This document shows positions 14,721-22,702 of a stretch of DNA of 51,223 bases, piece after piece (the stretch's first letter is position 1; each line of letters starts with the position of its first letter). Below the pieces are notes generated by a model that saw only the letters and a program-made list of their open reading frames with translations, had not been told where the DNA came from and made no database searches. The stretch comes from a virus (Duplodnaviria > Caudoviricetes): the IMG/VR virus record IMGVR_UViG_3300044768_000011, positions 1 to 51,223 of that record; one strand, 5' to 3'. The translations under genes were made by a program, and so were the position numbers.

Positions 14721-16102
14721 GATGGTTCCCCGAGGCCCAGATCAGCGCGGACCCATTCGGGTGCGTACCCCAGCAGGAACGCGACCGCAGAGGCCGCCTG
14801 CTGCGGTACAACACCGTTACCGAGCGCCTTCAGCTGGTCGTTGCGGGTCAGGCCTGGGACTCCGGTGACGTGGCCGGCCGGGAGTCCCATCATCCATTCG
14901 ACGAACACCGGTGCGAGTGCCTCTACGCCCTTGACGCTGGTCGCCGTTGGATCAGGTGCGGGCCGGCCTAGGATCCGTTCCCATTTGTGGATTGATTCGG
15001 CGAATGGTCCCCACTCGACAACGCCTCGACCACCGCCCGGGCGCCCGTCCCCATCTGGTCCGTTGGCGGTAGGTGTTCCGGGCGATGACCGGAGGCCAAC
15101 TGTGCTACTTCCTCCAATCCCAGCGGCCCCGAGTGCCCTCCGGTCGCCGTCCGCTGACCGCCCGGGGTGGCTGCTGAGCTGACCATCGTGCGGGTGCTTT
15201 TCCGGTTCGACGATGCCATCGGCGATGGCAGAAGCAACGTATCGATCTGTGTCCGAAGATCTATCCCGGACGTCCGCTTCCCCGGGCCGTGCGCTTCCGA
15301 TGTGGTCGGGGTCGGAAGTAGCGACGGTTGAACGGTTTCGGGGAGGTTCTTCCCGCCTTGACGGTTCGGCGCCGACCGGCCCTTGCCGTCCCTCGCCGTC
15401 GGTGTCGGCATCAGAACGTGTTCGGCCACGTCCTGCAGGTTCAGGGTGTGACCGGCCCGCCGATCCGGATGCTGCGACCCCCCCCGTGTCCCCGCGTACG
15501 CGTCCGGGGTCGGAAGCAGGCCAAGCGCAGACGAACACCCGTTCTCTACGGTGCGGTGCACCGACATCGGAAGCGCGTACGCAGCACCATGCCGCGTCAT
15601 ACCCGAGCTCGGCCAAGTCCCCAAGAACACGGCCGAGTGCCCGCAGATAAGTGTCTCTCTCGTCTCCCATACAGATCGGGCAGGGTTCCATTCCGCTATC
15701 CGCTTCGGCACTGAGTGCCCCTTTCACGTTCTCCCAGACAACCAGGGTCGGCTGATGATGTTCGATGGCATCGGCCATCGATGCCCAGATACCGGACCGT
15801 GTGCCGGTCCGCATCCCCTTGCGCTTACCGGCGTGGCTGACGTCCTGACATGGTGTTCCACCACAGATGATGTCGACGACCGGCGTAGTGTCCCAACGAG
15901 TTTCGGTGATGTCACCGAGGTTCGGGACGGCTGGCCAGTGGTGGGCGAGGATCCGCGCGGCGCCTTGTTTCGGCTTGGGGTTCTTGGTGGTAGGTGGGTC
16001 GTAGTCGGCGACCCAGGTGAGCGCCGTGCCCGGGACGGCACTCGCGATGCCGAGTTCGAGACCTCCGTACCCTGAGCAGATTGACCCGATCATCACGGTC
16101 AT
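14717..16102 (-). CDS. DNA cytosine-5 methyltransferase
   Basis: motifs I (CSGYGG), IV (GTPCQD), VI (ENV), VIII (HRRERVF), IX-X (FVEWMMGLP, LGNGVVP). Confidence 0.9.
   Translation of the reverse strand: MTVMIGSICSGYGGLELGIASAVPGTALTWVADYDPPTTKNPKPKQGAARILAHHWPAVPNLGDITETRWDTTPVVDIICGGTPCQDVSHAGKRKGMRTGTRSGIWASMADAIEHHQPTLVVWENVKGALSAEADSGMEPCPICMGDERDTYLRALGRVLGDLAELGYDAAWCCVRASDVGAPHRRERVFVCAWPASDPGRVRGDTGGVAASGSAGRSHPEPAGRGRTRSDADTDGEGRQGPVGAEPSRREEPPRNRSTVATSDPDHIGSARPGEADVRDRSSDTDRYVASAIADGIVEPEKHPHDGQLSSHPGRSADGDRRALGAAGIGGSSTVGLRSSPGTPTANGPDGDGRPGGGRGVVEWGPFAESIHKWERILGRPAPDPTATSVKGVEALAPVFVEWMMGLPAGHVTGVPGLTRNDQLKALGNGVVPQQAASAVAFLLGYAPEWVRADLGLGEPS
14968..15711 (-). CDS. nested out-of-frame methyltransferase partner with repeated LPTP modules
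   Basis: TWPSSGMTR.G..Y.LP lead followed by LLPTP, LMPTP, LLPTP and LLPSP repeats. Confidence 0.7.
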   Translation of the reverse strand: MPKRIAEWNPARSVWETRETLICGHSAVFLGTWPSSGMTRHGAAYALPMSVHRTVENGCSSALGLLPTPDAYAGTRGGSQHPDRRAGHTLNLQDVAEHVLMPTPTARDGKGRSAPNRQGGKNLPETVQPSLLPTPTTSEAHGPGKRTSGIDLRTQIDTLLLPSPMASSNRKSTRTMVSSAATPGGQRTATGGHSGPLGLEEVAQLASGHRPEHLPPTDQMGTGARAVVEALSSGDHSPNQSTNGNGS

Positions 16103-16428
16103 AGTTCCCCCCCCAGCATCAACGCGAGCGCGAGGGCGGCAGCCTGGGATGCGCGCATCGCTGCAACAGTGCATCGAACGTCGTTCACCAACGGTGTTGC
16201 GAGGGGATTGGTGCGGACGATGAACGCATCAACCGGCAGCCGTGCCCAGTCGGCCAGGGCGGCGAGGCTGTCGACGTCCGGGTGTTTTCCCTGCCGGATC
16301 ATCCGGTTGATGGTCGAGGGGGCGAGCCCGGCTTGCTCAGCGGCCTGCCGGTCTGAGATCCCTCGGGCAGCGATGACCGCGGCGATGGCGGCAGCGAACG
16401 CGGCCTGGTCGAACGATGCGCCGCTCAC
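16099..16428 (-). CDS. XRE-family HTH protein
   Basis: ISDRQAAEQAGLAPSTINRM...PDVDSLAALADW. Confidence 0.8.
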   Translation of the reverse strand: MSGASFDQAAFAAAIAAVIAARGISDRQAAEQAGLAPSTINRMIRQGKHPDVDSLAALADWARLPVDAFIVRTNPLATPLVNDVRCTVAAMRASQAAALALALMLGGEL

Positions 16429-16661
16429 CGCGGCCCCCCGAACTCTCGGGCGGCCCGGAGTGAGTCCAATGAGGCTTGTGCTTCAGCGATGAACTCTTCC
16501 ATCACGGCGACCGCATCGGGTAGGGGAACTCCGTGACCGAAATTTGTGTAAGTGATCTCCCAGTCATCGCACTGGTGCGGGAGATAGACCCGCCATCCGG
16601 GGTGCTTTCCGTCCTGGATGGATTCGACCCGGAATCGGAATCCTTGTTTCCCCGTGGTCAT
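16425..16661 (-). CDS. hypothetical protein
   Basis: start MTTGKQ with ATGA overlap. Confidence 0.6.
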   Translation of the reverse strand: MTTGKQGFRFRVESIQDGKHPGWRVYLPHQCDDWEITYTNFGHGVPLPDAVAVMEEFIAEAQASLDSLRAAREFGGPR

Positions 16662-16930
16662 AAAAACGGCCCCATTCCCGCTGTCGCCGGGTCGACCCGG
16701 GCGGAGCAGTCGATCCGGCGACCGACCCGGGTGAGCTCTGGTACCGGTGCTCCGTCGCCGAGGCACACCATGGCCAGGACGGGGCAGTTACCGCCCGGAC
16801 CGAACTCGCCGATGTCTGTGGCTGTTCCGGCGTTGATACAGCCGAGTACACAATTTGTGGCCTCGACGATCGGTATCAGGTCGCTGGCGTGCTCGGCGCC
16901 GAAGTCACCACGGCGGGGGACGTAGCTCAT
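16658..16930 (-). CDS. Cys-rich hypothetical protein
   Basis: coupled on both sides. Confidence 0.6.
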   Translation of the reverse strand: MSYVPRRGDFGAEHASDLIPIVEATNCVLGCINAGTATDIGEFGPGGNCPVLAMVCLGDGAPVPELTRVGRRIDCSARVDPATAGMGPFL

Positions 16931-17373
16931 GCCGGCGGCTCCTCGGTTGGTTGGAACAGGGTTGGGACGTGCACGAATTTCGTTATCTGTTGCTCGGTCA
17001 GTACTGGTTCTGTGACGGCGGCGATCTGGGTGATGAGCCGGTCGAGGACGCGGAGCTCACCTTCTTGCCGGTACCAGTCGGCGGTACCGATGAGGTGGTC
17101 TGCGCCGGAGCGGTCGGCGCGGAGTTGCTGAAGCATCACCGCGATCTCGATGGGTGACCGGAACCTCCCTCGCTGCTCCGCGAGAAGAACCACGTTCGCG
17201 CGGGACTTCGCCCCGGTCTTCTGAAAGATCCGCGAGAGGTGGGTTTTGATGGTCAAGGGGGAGAGGTGCAGTCGCTCACCGATTTCGGAGTTGGTCAGTC
17301 CCTCCCCAACCAGGGCCACGATTTGACGTTCCCGACTGGTCAACTCTTGACCAATGATCATGATGTCGACCAT
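16927..17373 (-). CDS. LuxR-type HTH regulator
   Basis: LTSRERQIVALVGEGLTNSEIGERLHLSPLTIKTHLSRIFQK. Confidence 0.85.
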   Translation of the reverse strand: MVDIMIIGQELTSRERQIVALVGEGLTNSEIGERLHLSPLTIKTHLSRIFQKTGAKSRANVVLLAEQRGRFRSPIEIAVMLQQLRADRSGADHLIGTADWYRQEGELRVLDRLITQIAAVTEPVLTEQQITKFVHVPTLFQPTEEPPA

Positions 17374-18143
17374 TCCAAGCAGGCAACGGGGTCATTCGTG
17401 ATGATCCCGGTAACCCCGGCCGCGGCCGCCGCATCCCACTCGGCCTCCGTGTCGATCGTCCATGTCTGGGTCGCCACCCCACGCCGGGCGTGGATGTCGA
17501 CGTCATCCGGTTCGAGGGTGGCGTAGTCCTGTACCCAGGTGGGCGCCTCCGTTGATTCGCTGAACGTCGACGACAGGTAACCGGTCCGGTACCCGTGTTC
17601 CTGTGCAGCCTGGATGGTCACCGGGTTGAACGATGTCAGTGTCACCCGGTCCTTGATCGGGTCCAGTCGTGACGCCAGCATCGTCCAGTTAGCTTCGGTC
17701 GGCACAGTTTTCAGCTCGAACTGGGCGAGGGTGGTTGGGCTGGCCAGCAGGAGTTGCCGCGCCGAGTACAGGCTGAATAGTTGCGCACCGGTCGCCGATA
17801 CATACGTCGGGCCGGTCGCCGTCGTCCCGGACACCGTTGACAGCGGAACCGTCGGGTGATCGAACAGGGTCAGGTTCGCGTCATGCAGCAGGTACGGGTA
17901 CCCGGTGCTGGTGAACCGGACATCGGACTCGATCTCAGGGACACCGGCCGCAATAGCCGCGGCGTACGACTCAGCCGTCTGCTCCGTCGTCGCCGGCGAC
18001 CAGGCGTTGCCTGCCCGGTGCGCGATACACCGGACGTCCGCCGGGGCCGTAGCGACAGCAGCCTGGCCACCCACCGACAGCAACACCATGACCGCGCCTA
18101 CGAGTAGCGCGACCGGCGGGACCATCACCGCTCGTAGTGTCAT
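17358..18143 (-). CDS. secreted glycerophosphodiester phosphodiesterase (GDPD)
   Basis: signal peptide; IAHR, E.DV, LLHD, ELK, WTID, GIITNDP motifs. Confidence 0.85.
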   Translation of the reverse strand: MTLRAVMVPPVALLVGAVMVLLSVGGQAAVATAPADVRCIAHRAGNAWSPATTEQTAESYAAAIAAGVPEIESDVRFTSTGYPYLLHDANLTLFDHPTVPLSTVSGTTATGPTYVSATGAQLFSLYSARQLLLASPTTLAQFELKTVPTEANWTMLASRLDPIKDRVTLTSFNPVTIQAAQEHGYRTGYLSSTFSESTEAPTWVQDYATLEPDDVDIHARRGVATQTWTIDTEAEWDAAAAAGVTGIITNDPVACLEWSTS

Positions 18144-18526
18144 AGCTTCCTCCTCCTGATAATGATGTCGGCGATCTTCTCAATCACCATGTCCTCAATA
18201 GGTTTCGGATCCGGCCCGTCCCCGCACAGATAGAGATTCTGCAGCCGGGTGAACGACTCATCCACCTTCGCCACGGATATCTCGTGGTGCCGTTGCATTT
18301 CCGGGACCAGAGTTTCAAGCTGTGTCCGGACGCAATCGTTAATGAGATCCGAGCATTGCTCGTTGATGTCGGCGCGTAGGCCAGCCCGAGCCTCATGGAC
18401 ATCCTTCAGTTCGGCGGCGAGTAGCTTCCGTTCGGCGCGCATGTCGGCCAGGACCTCATGGGCTTTCCGGGCGGCCTCGTTGAGGGCAGCGAACTCCCGC
18501 GCGAGTTCGGTGGCGGTGTCAGCCAT
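18140..18526 (-). CDS. coiled-coil hypothetical protein
   Basis: operon packing. Confidence 0.7.
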   Translation of the reverse strand: MADTATELAREFAALNEAARKAHEVLADMRAERKLLAAELKDVHEARAGLRADINEQCSDLINDCVRTQLETLVPEMQRHHEISVAKVDESFTRLQNLYLCGDGPDPKPIEDMVIEKIADIIIRRRKL

Positions 18527-18755
18527 TCTGGTCCCCCTGTATCACACTGTCCGCGTCAACCCAGACGCCGCCGACCTTGACGCGTCCACCGAGCGGGAGC
18601 CCGAGGGCTTCCCGGGCGATCTTCCGGGCCGGGGTGATGTTTTCCCACGCCAGGAGCCCGAGCCGGATCCGGACGTCACCGGGGTCGGTGACCCGCATGA
18701 TCGCGTGCAACGCGGCCTCCAGCTCGTTTACCCGCTTAGCGGTTGCCCGTGCCAT
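18519..18755 (-). CDS. hypothetical protein
   Basis: operon packing. Confidence 0.6.
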   Translation of the reverse strand: MARATAKRVNELEAALHAIMRVTDPGDVRIRLGLLAWENITPARKIAREALGLPLGGRVKVGGVWVDADSVIQGDQNG

Positions 18756-19648
18756 CAGTGACCCTCACCCTGCATCCGCGCCCACTCTTCAGCGGTCGGT
18801 TCCGCCGGGTCTCTGGGCTCCTCATCGATCACGCCCTCTTCGGCCTCCTGCCCCTCGTCCTCGATCACTGAGACCTCAGCAACGTCAGCCTTGGGCGACA
18901 GGTCGAAACGTGTGCTCCCGTCAACATCGAACGCCATCTGCAACTCAGTGCTGGCCGGGGCCAGGTTGAGCGCCTTGATCACGAGGGTCTTCTTCGCCAT
19001 CGCGTTGAAGTCGTCGACCCACGGGCCGATCACCACACCTTTCAGGTACGGGCCTGATTTGCCGATGGTGCCGAACTTGCGGCCCATCGCGAACCGGTCG
19101 CGATGTTCCTCCACCTCCGGCTTGCTCATCAGCTCCCAGTACTTCCCGCCGGTGTTCGTCCGCACCACGCTGTAGTAGGCGACCTCAGCCCCCCGGGGGC
19201 CATCCATGTACGGCTTGTGGAACAGCCGCTCATTCAGCCCCCACTCGTAGTCGAACTCATCGGCCTGCCGGACGATCCGGGCGGTGATGTCGCTGATGGC
19301 CGCCGTCCTCTGGGCCAACGCCGCATACCCCTTATAGCCGATGATGAGCACGCCCTTGCCACCCATCGGGAGCACCCACGCCTGCCCGAGAACGCCAGGA
19401 CGGAGCCCCAACTGGGAACAGGTCATCAGCGCACCGAGGATCGTTTTCGGGTCGCACTCCGCCAGTTTCGGGGTGTGCTGGAGGACGGTCATGAAGTCGC
19501 GAACCAACTGCTTGGCTTCCATGCCTTTTGGCATGGCCAACTGGAACTGGGCTTCCATCTTGGACACCATCGACCGCAGTTCGGCCGGGTCACGCTTGGC
19601 GACCTGGCCGCCGGACTTCCGTGCCTGGTTACGGAGGTTAGATACCAT
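18755..19648 (-). CDS. recT: RecT-like ssDNA annealing protein
   Basis: P.LAECDP.TILGALM...QLGL.PG.LG.A...IIGYKG...MAKKT. Confidence 0.9.
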   Translation of the reverse strand: MVSNLRNQARKSGGQVAKRDPAELRSMVSKMEAQFQLAMPKGMEAKQLVRDFMTVLQHTPKLAECDPKTILGALMTCSQLGLRPGVLGQAWVLPMGGKGVLIIGYKGYAALAQRTAAISDITARIVRQADEFDYEWGLNERLFHKPYMDGPRGAEVAYYSVVRTNTGGKYWELMSKPEVEEHRDRFAMGRKFGTIGKSGPYLKGVVIGPWVDDFNAMAKKTLVIKALNLAPASTELQMAFDVDGSTRFDLSPKADVAEVSVIEDEGQEAEEGVIDEEPRDPAEPTAEEWARMQGEGH

Positions 19649-19989
19649 CGGGTGTCTCTCTTCTTTCGGTTCCTAATATCAACTGGATCGTCATGCAGGG
19701 GTACAGTGCGTCCGGGTCGTCGCACCCGAGCCCGCTACGGGAGTGGCAGAGCGACTCGCAGTGGGTGCAGTACAGTCGCCCCTTGCGGTCCGGACTTGGC
19801 GCGTGGAGGGCGATAACCGCCTCTAAGCGCGGCTAAGTCGCCAGCGCGCATCGCCTCAGGGTCGGCGTAACCAGCGGGCATGTGCCCGTTGTGCCCTGGG
19901 TACATCGGGCCGACCGGGTGACCCTCCCGCAGGTCACACGGGCCGATCGGGGTCGGCTCGTTGCACGGCCGATCCAGATTACGTGACAT
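19638..19989 (-). CDS. hypothetical Cys-rich protein split by a +1 frameshift (programmed, mutational or assembly error)
   Basis: frame 0 MSRNLD...DLAAL, then +1 frame EAVIALHAP...YCTHC...YPCMT...DGI*; joined gene overlaps both neighbours by 11 nt. Confidence 0.6.
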
Positions 19990-20959
19990 TCTTGGATCCC
20001 TTCCCTGCCCTGAGGACACGGCTTGTGGTGGTGCTGACATGCCCACCTGCTAGCACCTTTTCGTACAGTTCGACGTCGTTGTCTTCGAGGTCCTTGAGGC
20101 TCACGGAGCTACGGGCCTGTTCCCGGTAGGTGAACAGTGGAGCGTCGTCACCGGCGTAGGTGAGGACTTCCGCTTCACCCAGTGCCAGCATGATCGCGGC
20201 TTTCGCAGAGTCCTTCTGTTCCTCGGCGAGCTTGGCGTTCAGTTGCGCGGCAGAGTAGTTCTTGACCAACTCGACAGCCTGACCGAGATCATCGAGTTCG
20301 CGGATGCCCGACCGGTCCGGGAACAGCCGATCCAACAGGTCGATGAGGACGGCGTCCATGTCGACCGGTGGGGGTTCGCCGGTCAGCACGCAATCCCATA
20401 CCCGCCACCCCGCCTCCGTGAGGTAGTCCTCCAACTGTGAATCCTTCTCGTACCGGTACGAAGTGAGTTGCTGCCCACCGATGAGACAGGCGACATCGAC
20501 GTAATCGAACTGGCCGACCAGGCGTTGCCACGCGACCTGCGCGAGGACGTCATCGGGGATGTCGTCGCGCCACTTCCCGGCAACGTACGCGGACCGGGTC
20601 TTGACCTCCAGGGCCGCGTTCCGCCCGTCTTGGATCCGGTCACACGACGCGCGCTGCCAGGGCTCTGTGAGGCTTCCCAGGACCCCGATACGGGACACGG
20701 GCTGGCAGTAGCGCCGGGACCATTCCTGCGCGACGACGTCTTCGAGGAGGTGACCCCACTGCCCAGCCTCCGACAGATCATCCTTGGGCAGTTCGCCGCG
20801 CTTGTCGTGCCACACCGAACGGGCGTTCCCGTACTTCGACAGTCCGAGGATCTGCGGGAGGTCGGTGGCGGTGATCCCGGATCGGCGAACCTTGTACCAC
20901 TCGGGGGTGTTCGGTTCCGCGTCCCCTAAATGCCAGGCTCGGATGATCGGGTTACTCAT
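19979..20959 (-). CDS. YqaJ-like (RecE-type) exonuclease
   Basis: EW...RR.GITATD, GH.LE, ASCD, LEVKT, Q..WQ motifs. Confidence 0.9.
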   Translation of the reverse strand: MSNPIIRAWHLGDAEPNTPEWYKVRRSGITATDLPQILGLSKYGNARSVWHDKRGELPKDDLSEAGQWGHLLEDVVAQEWSRRYCQPVSRIGVLGSLTEPWQRASCDRIQDGRNAALEVKTRSAYVAGKWRDDIPDDVLAQVAWQRLVGQFDYVDVACLIGGQQLTSYRYEKDSQLEDYLTEAGWRVWDCVLTGEPPPVDMDAVLIDLLDRLFPDRSGIRELDDLGQAVELVKNYSAAQLNAKLAEEQKDSAKAAIMLALGEAEVLTYAGDDAPLFTYREQARSSVSLKDLEDNDVELYEKVLAGGHVSTTTSRVLRAGKGSKNVT

Positions 20960-21243
20960 AGAGGTCCTCTTCTCTGGCGTGCCGCTTTACGCCGGGCGGC
21001 GTCCCGTTCCTCCTGGGTGGTGCCACCCCATATCCCCTCCGCGCGTGACTCATTCGCGAACGCCAGACACTCGGTGCGTACCCGATCCGGGCATTCCCAG
21101 AAACACACGTCTTTCGCTGCCTCGGTCTGGTTTGGGGATATCCCAATGGGGAAGAACAGTTCCGGATTGTGGTCCAGGCACGCGGCGTAATGCCGCCAGT
21201 CGTAATGGATTTCCGTGGATGTCCCGTACGTGATCGGTTTCAT
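20956..21243 (-). CDS. whiB: WhiB family transcription factor
   Basis: WR..AAC...PELFFP...AK.VC..ECP...ECL...GIWGG.T..ER; GGAGGA RBS. Confidence 0.9.
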   Translation of the reverse strand: MKPITYGTSTEIHYDWRHYAACLDHNPELFFPIGISPNQTEAAKDVCFWECPDRVRTECLAFANESRAEGIWGGTTQEERDAARRKAARQRRGPL

Positions 21244-21347
21244 GGATCCTCCGGTAACCCACGCATGATGTTCCGGGCGTCCCGGTAGACCTCCCACCAT
21301 TGCAGGCAGGTTCCGGTGATGATCAGCAACCACCCGATCATCATCAT
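21240..21347 (-). CDS. 35-aa membrane peptide
   Basis: MMMIGWLLIITGTCLQWWEVYRDARNIMRGLPEDP; ATGA overlaps at both ends. Confidence 0.55.
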   Translation of the reverse strand: MMMIGWLLIITGTCLQWWEVYRDARNIMRGLPEDP

Positions 21348-21676
21348 GGGAGGGCCCCGGGACGTTTCGGCCCCGGCCGGTCCAGGCGTAACCGGCCGGC
21401 CTCGTAGTCACGTCGCATCGCCAGCCACGGCGGTGTGGGGGGGTCGATGATCCGGTCGGGCAAAAGGACGGTCACCCGGCCTCCGATGGGCCCGTGGTCG
21501 AGGCGGAGTGTGACCCGCCCAAGGATGTGGGGTGCGAGGTCACGCCAGGGGCCCTCCGGTTCCAGCAGCATCGCCGCGATCAGCGGTGTGTCCGACCGGA
21601 TATGGGTGAACCCTGCGACCGGGGCGAACGAGGGGGTACCGGGGTCGGGGCCGTCGAGTTCATCCATGCCGTCCAC
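21344..21676 (-). CDS. hypothetical protein
   Basis: operon packing. Confidence 0.55.
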   Translation of the reverse strand: MDGMDELDGPDPGTPSFAPVAGFTHIRSDTPLIAAMLLEPEGPWRDLAPHILGRVTLRLDHGPIGGRVTVLLPDRIIDPPTPPWLAMRRDYEAGRLRLDRPGPKRPGALP

Positions 21677-21932
21677 CCCGGACCGCTTCCACGATCATGA
21701 CCGTGGAGATGCTGGCGACGTCGAGACAGACGATGATCTGGGAGACCTTGATCAGGTACCAGGGCGTGGTGAGCCCGAACAGTCCGGCCAGGGCCAGCCC
21801 GGACAGGGTCAGCAGAACCACCCCCGAGAACCCGAGCAATCGCCGGGCCCGCCTATCGCGGTGGTTGTGGCGCTCTCTGTGGGTCTGATGGAAGTAAGCC
21901 TCTACAGCGGCATCGTGCTCTGCTGAGTGCAT
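21660..21932 (-). CDS. two-TM membrane protein
   Basis: start MHSAEH with GAGGA RBS. Confidence 0.65.
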   Translation of the reverse strand: MHSAEHDAAVEAYFHQTHRERHNHRDRRARRLLGFSGVVLLTLSGLALAGLFGLTTPWYLIKVSQIIVCLDVASISTVMIVEAVRGGRHG

Positions 21933-21972
21933 GGGGGTTTCCTCTTCGGGAGGGTTCATGGAGTTGTGTGCC

Positions 21973-22149
21973 TTAGGCGTTGTGGTGCGCGGCGAGCGGG
22001 TGGTTGCGGTACCAGCGGTGGACAACGGGGTTGAGCCGGTACTTCAACCGGCAGAACGGTTCCGGGCACTCCCAGAGCATCCCCGCGGGGGTGTACCGAG
22101 GGCTGGTCGGGTCATCGCAGTACGGCGGGAGCGCGCACCGGTGTCTCAT
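21973..22149 (-). CDS. small Cys-containing hypothetical protein
   Basis: HRC.LP...G.LWECP..FC pattern. Confidence 0.5.
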   Translation of the reverse strand: MRHRCALPPYCDDPTSPRYTPAGMLWECPEPFCRLKYRLNPVVHRWYRNHPLAAHHNA

Positions 22150-22192
22150 TCTGGTGAGCTGCGAACGTGAATGGTGTGGCGCACGGGGAAAA

Positions 22193-22231
22193 CCCTTCCG
22201 TAGGGGGATCTCGGGAACCCCTACGGAAGGG
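22193..22231 (-). terminator. intrinsic terminator closing the DUF6745-like cassette
   Basis: 14-bp stem cccttccgtagggg/cccctacggaaggg followed by TTTT on the minus strand. Confidence 0.7.
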
Positions 22232-22263
22232 GGGGTCCAAGACCACATGCGGGGACAGGACGA

Positions 22264-22668
22264 TTAGTCGGCGACCTGACGGATCTCATCCGCCATCTCC
22301 CGCTTGCGGCGCAGCTCGTATACCCCAGCACCGATGCCGTTGCAACCATGCTCTTCCGTGTGCGTCAGGTACGCGGTGGCACCCTCCGGGACCGAAACGA
22401 TCCCGATGACCTGACCCCGATCCACCCGAGCCCAAGCGACACCAGCGTCGCCGTTCAGCCAGTGCGTGTTACCCGTCGCTTCACCATGGATGACCTGCAC
22501 CCCCGCCGCGACCGGCACCATCTGCACACCACCAGCCCCAGGGATGGGCCGACAGATGATGTCACCCTGACGCTGCAACCCCGTCAGTACGGGGACATCC
22601 ACCTGGTCGAGCAGGTGTGGGGGGATCTGCACGTTGTGCAGGGACAGCATTTCCTCGTACGTCTTCAC
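22264..22668 (-). CDS. small partner protein of the DUF6745-like gene (His-rich, beta-rich)
   Basis: RQGD, GEATGNTH, HTEEH, G.YELRR.RE...VAD motifs. Confidence 0.8.
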   Translation of the reverse strand: MKTYEEMLSLHNVQIPPHLLDQVDVPVLTGLQRQGDIICRPIPGAGGVQMVPVAAGVQVIHGEATGNTHWLNGDAGVAWARVDRGQVIGIVSVPEGATAYLTHTEEHGCNGIGAGVYELRRKREMADEIRQVAD

Positions 22669-22702
22669 GTGGATGGTTCCTCTCGGTTGGGTCGTGCAGT
22701 CT

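Noticed and set aside
19735-20046. 103-aa ORF as given in the track
   Set aside because: Its start lies deep inside YqaJ and its C-terminal part is better explained by the +1 frame
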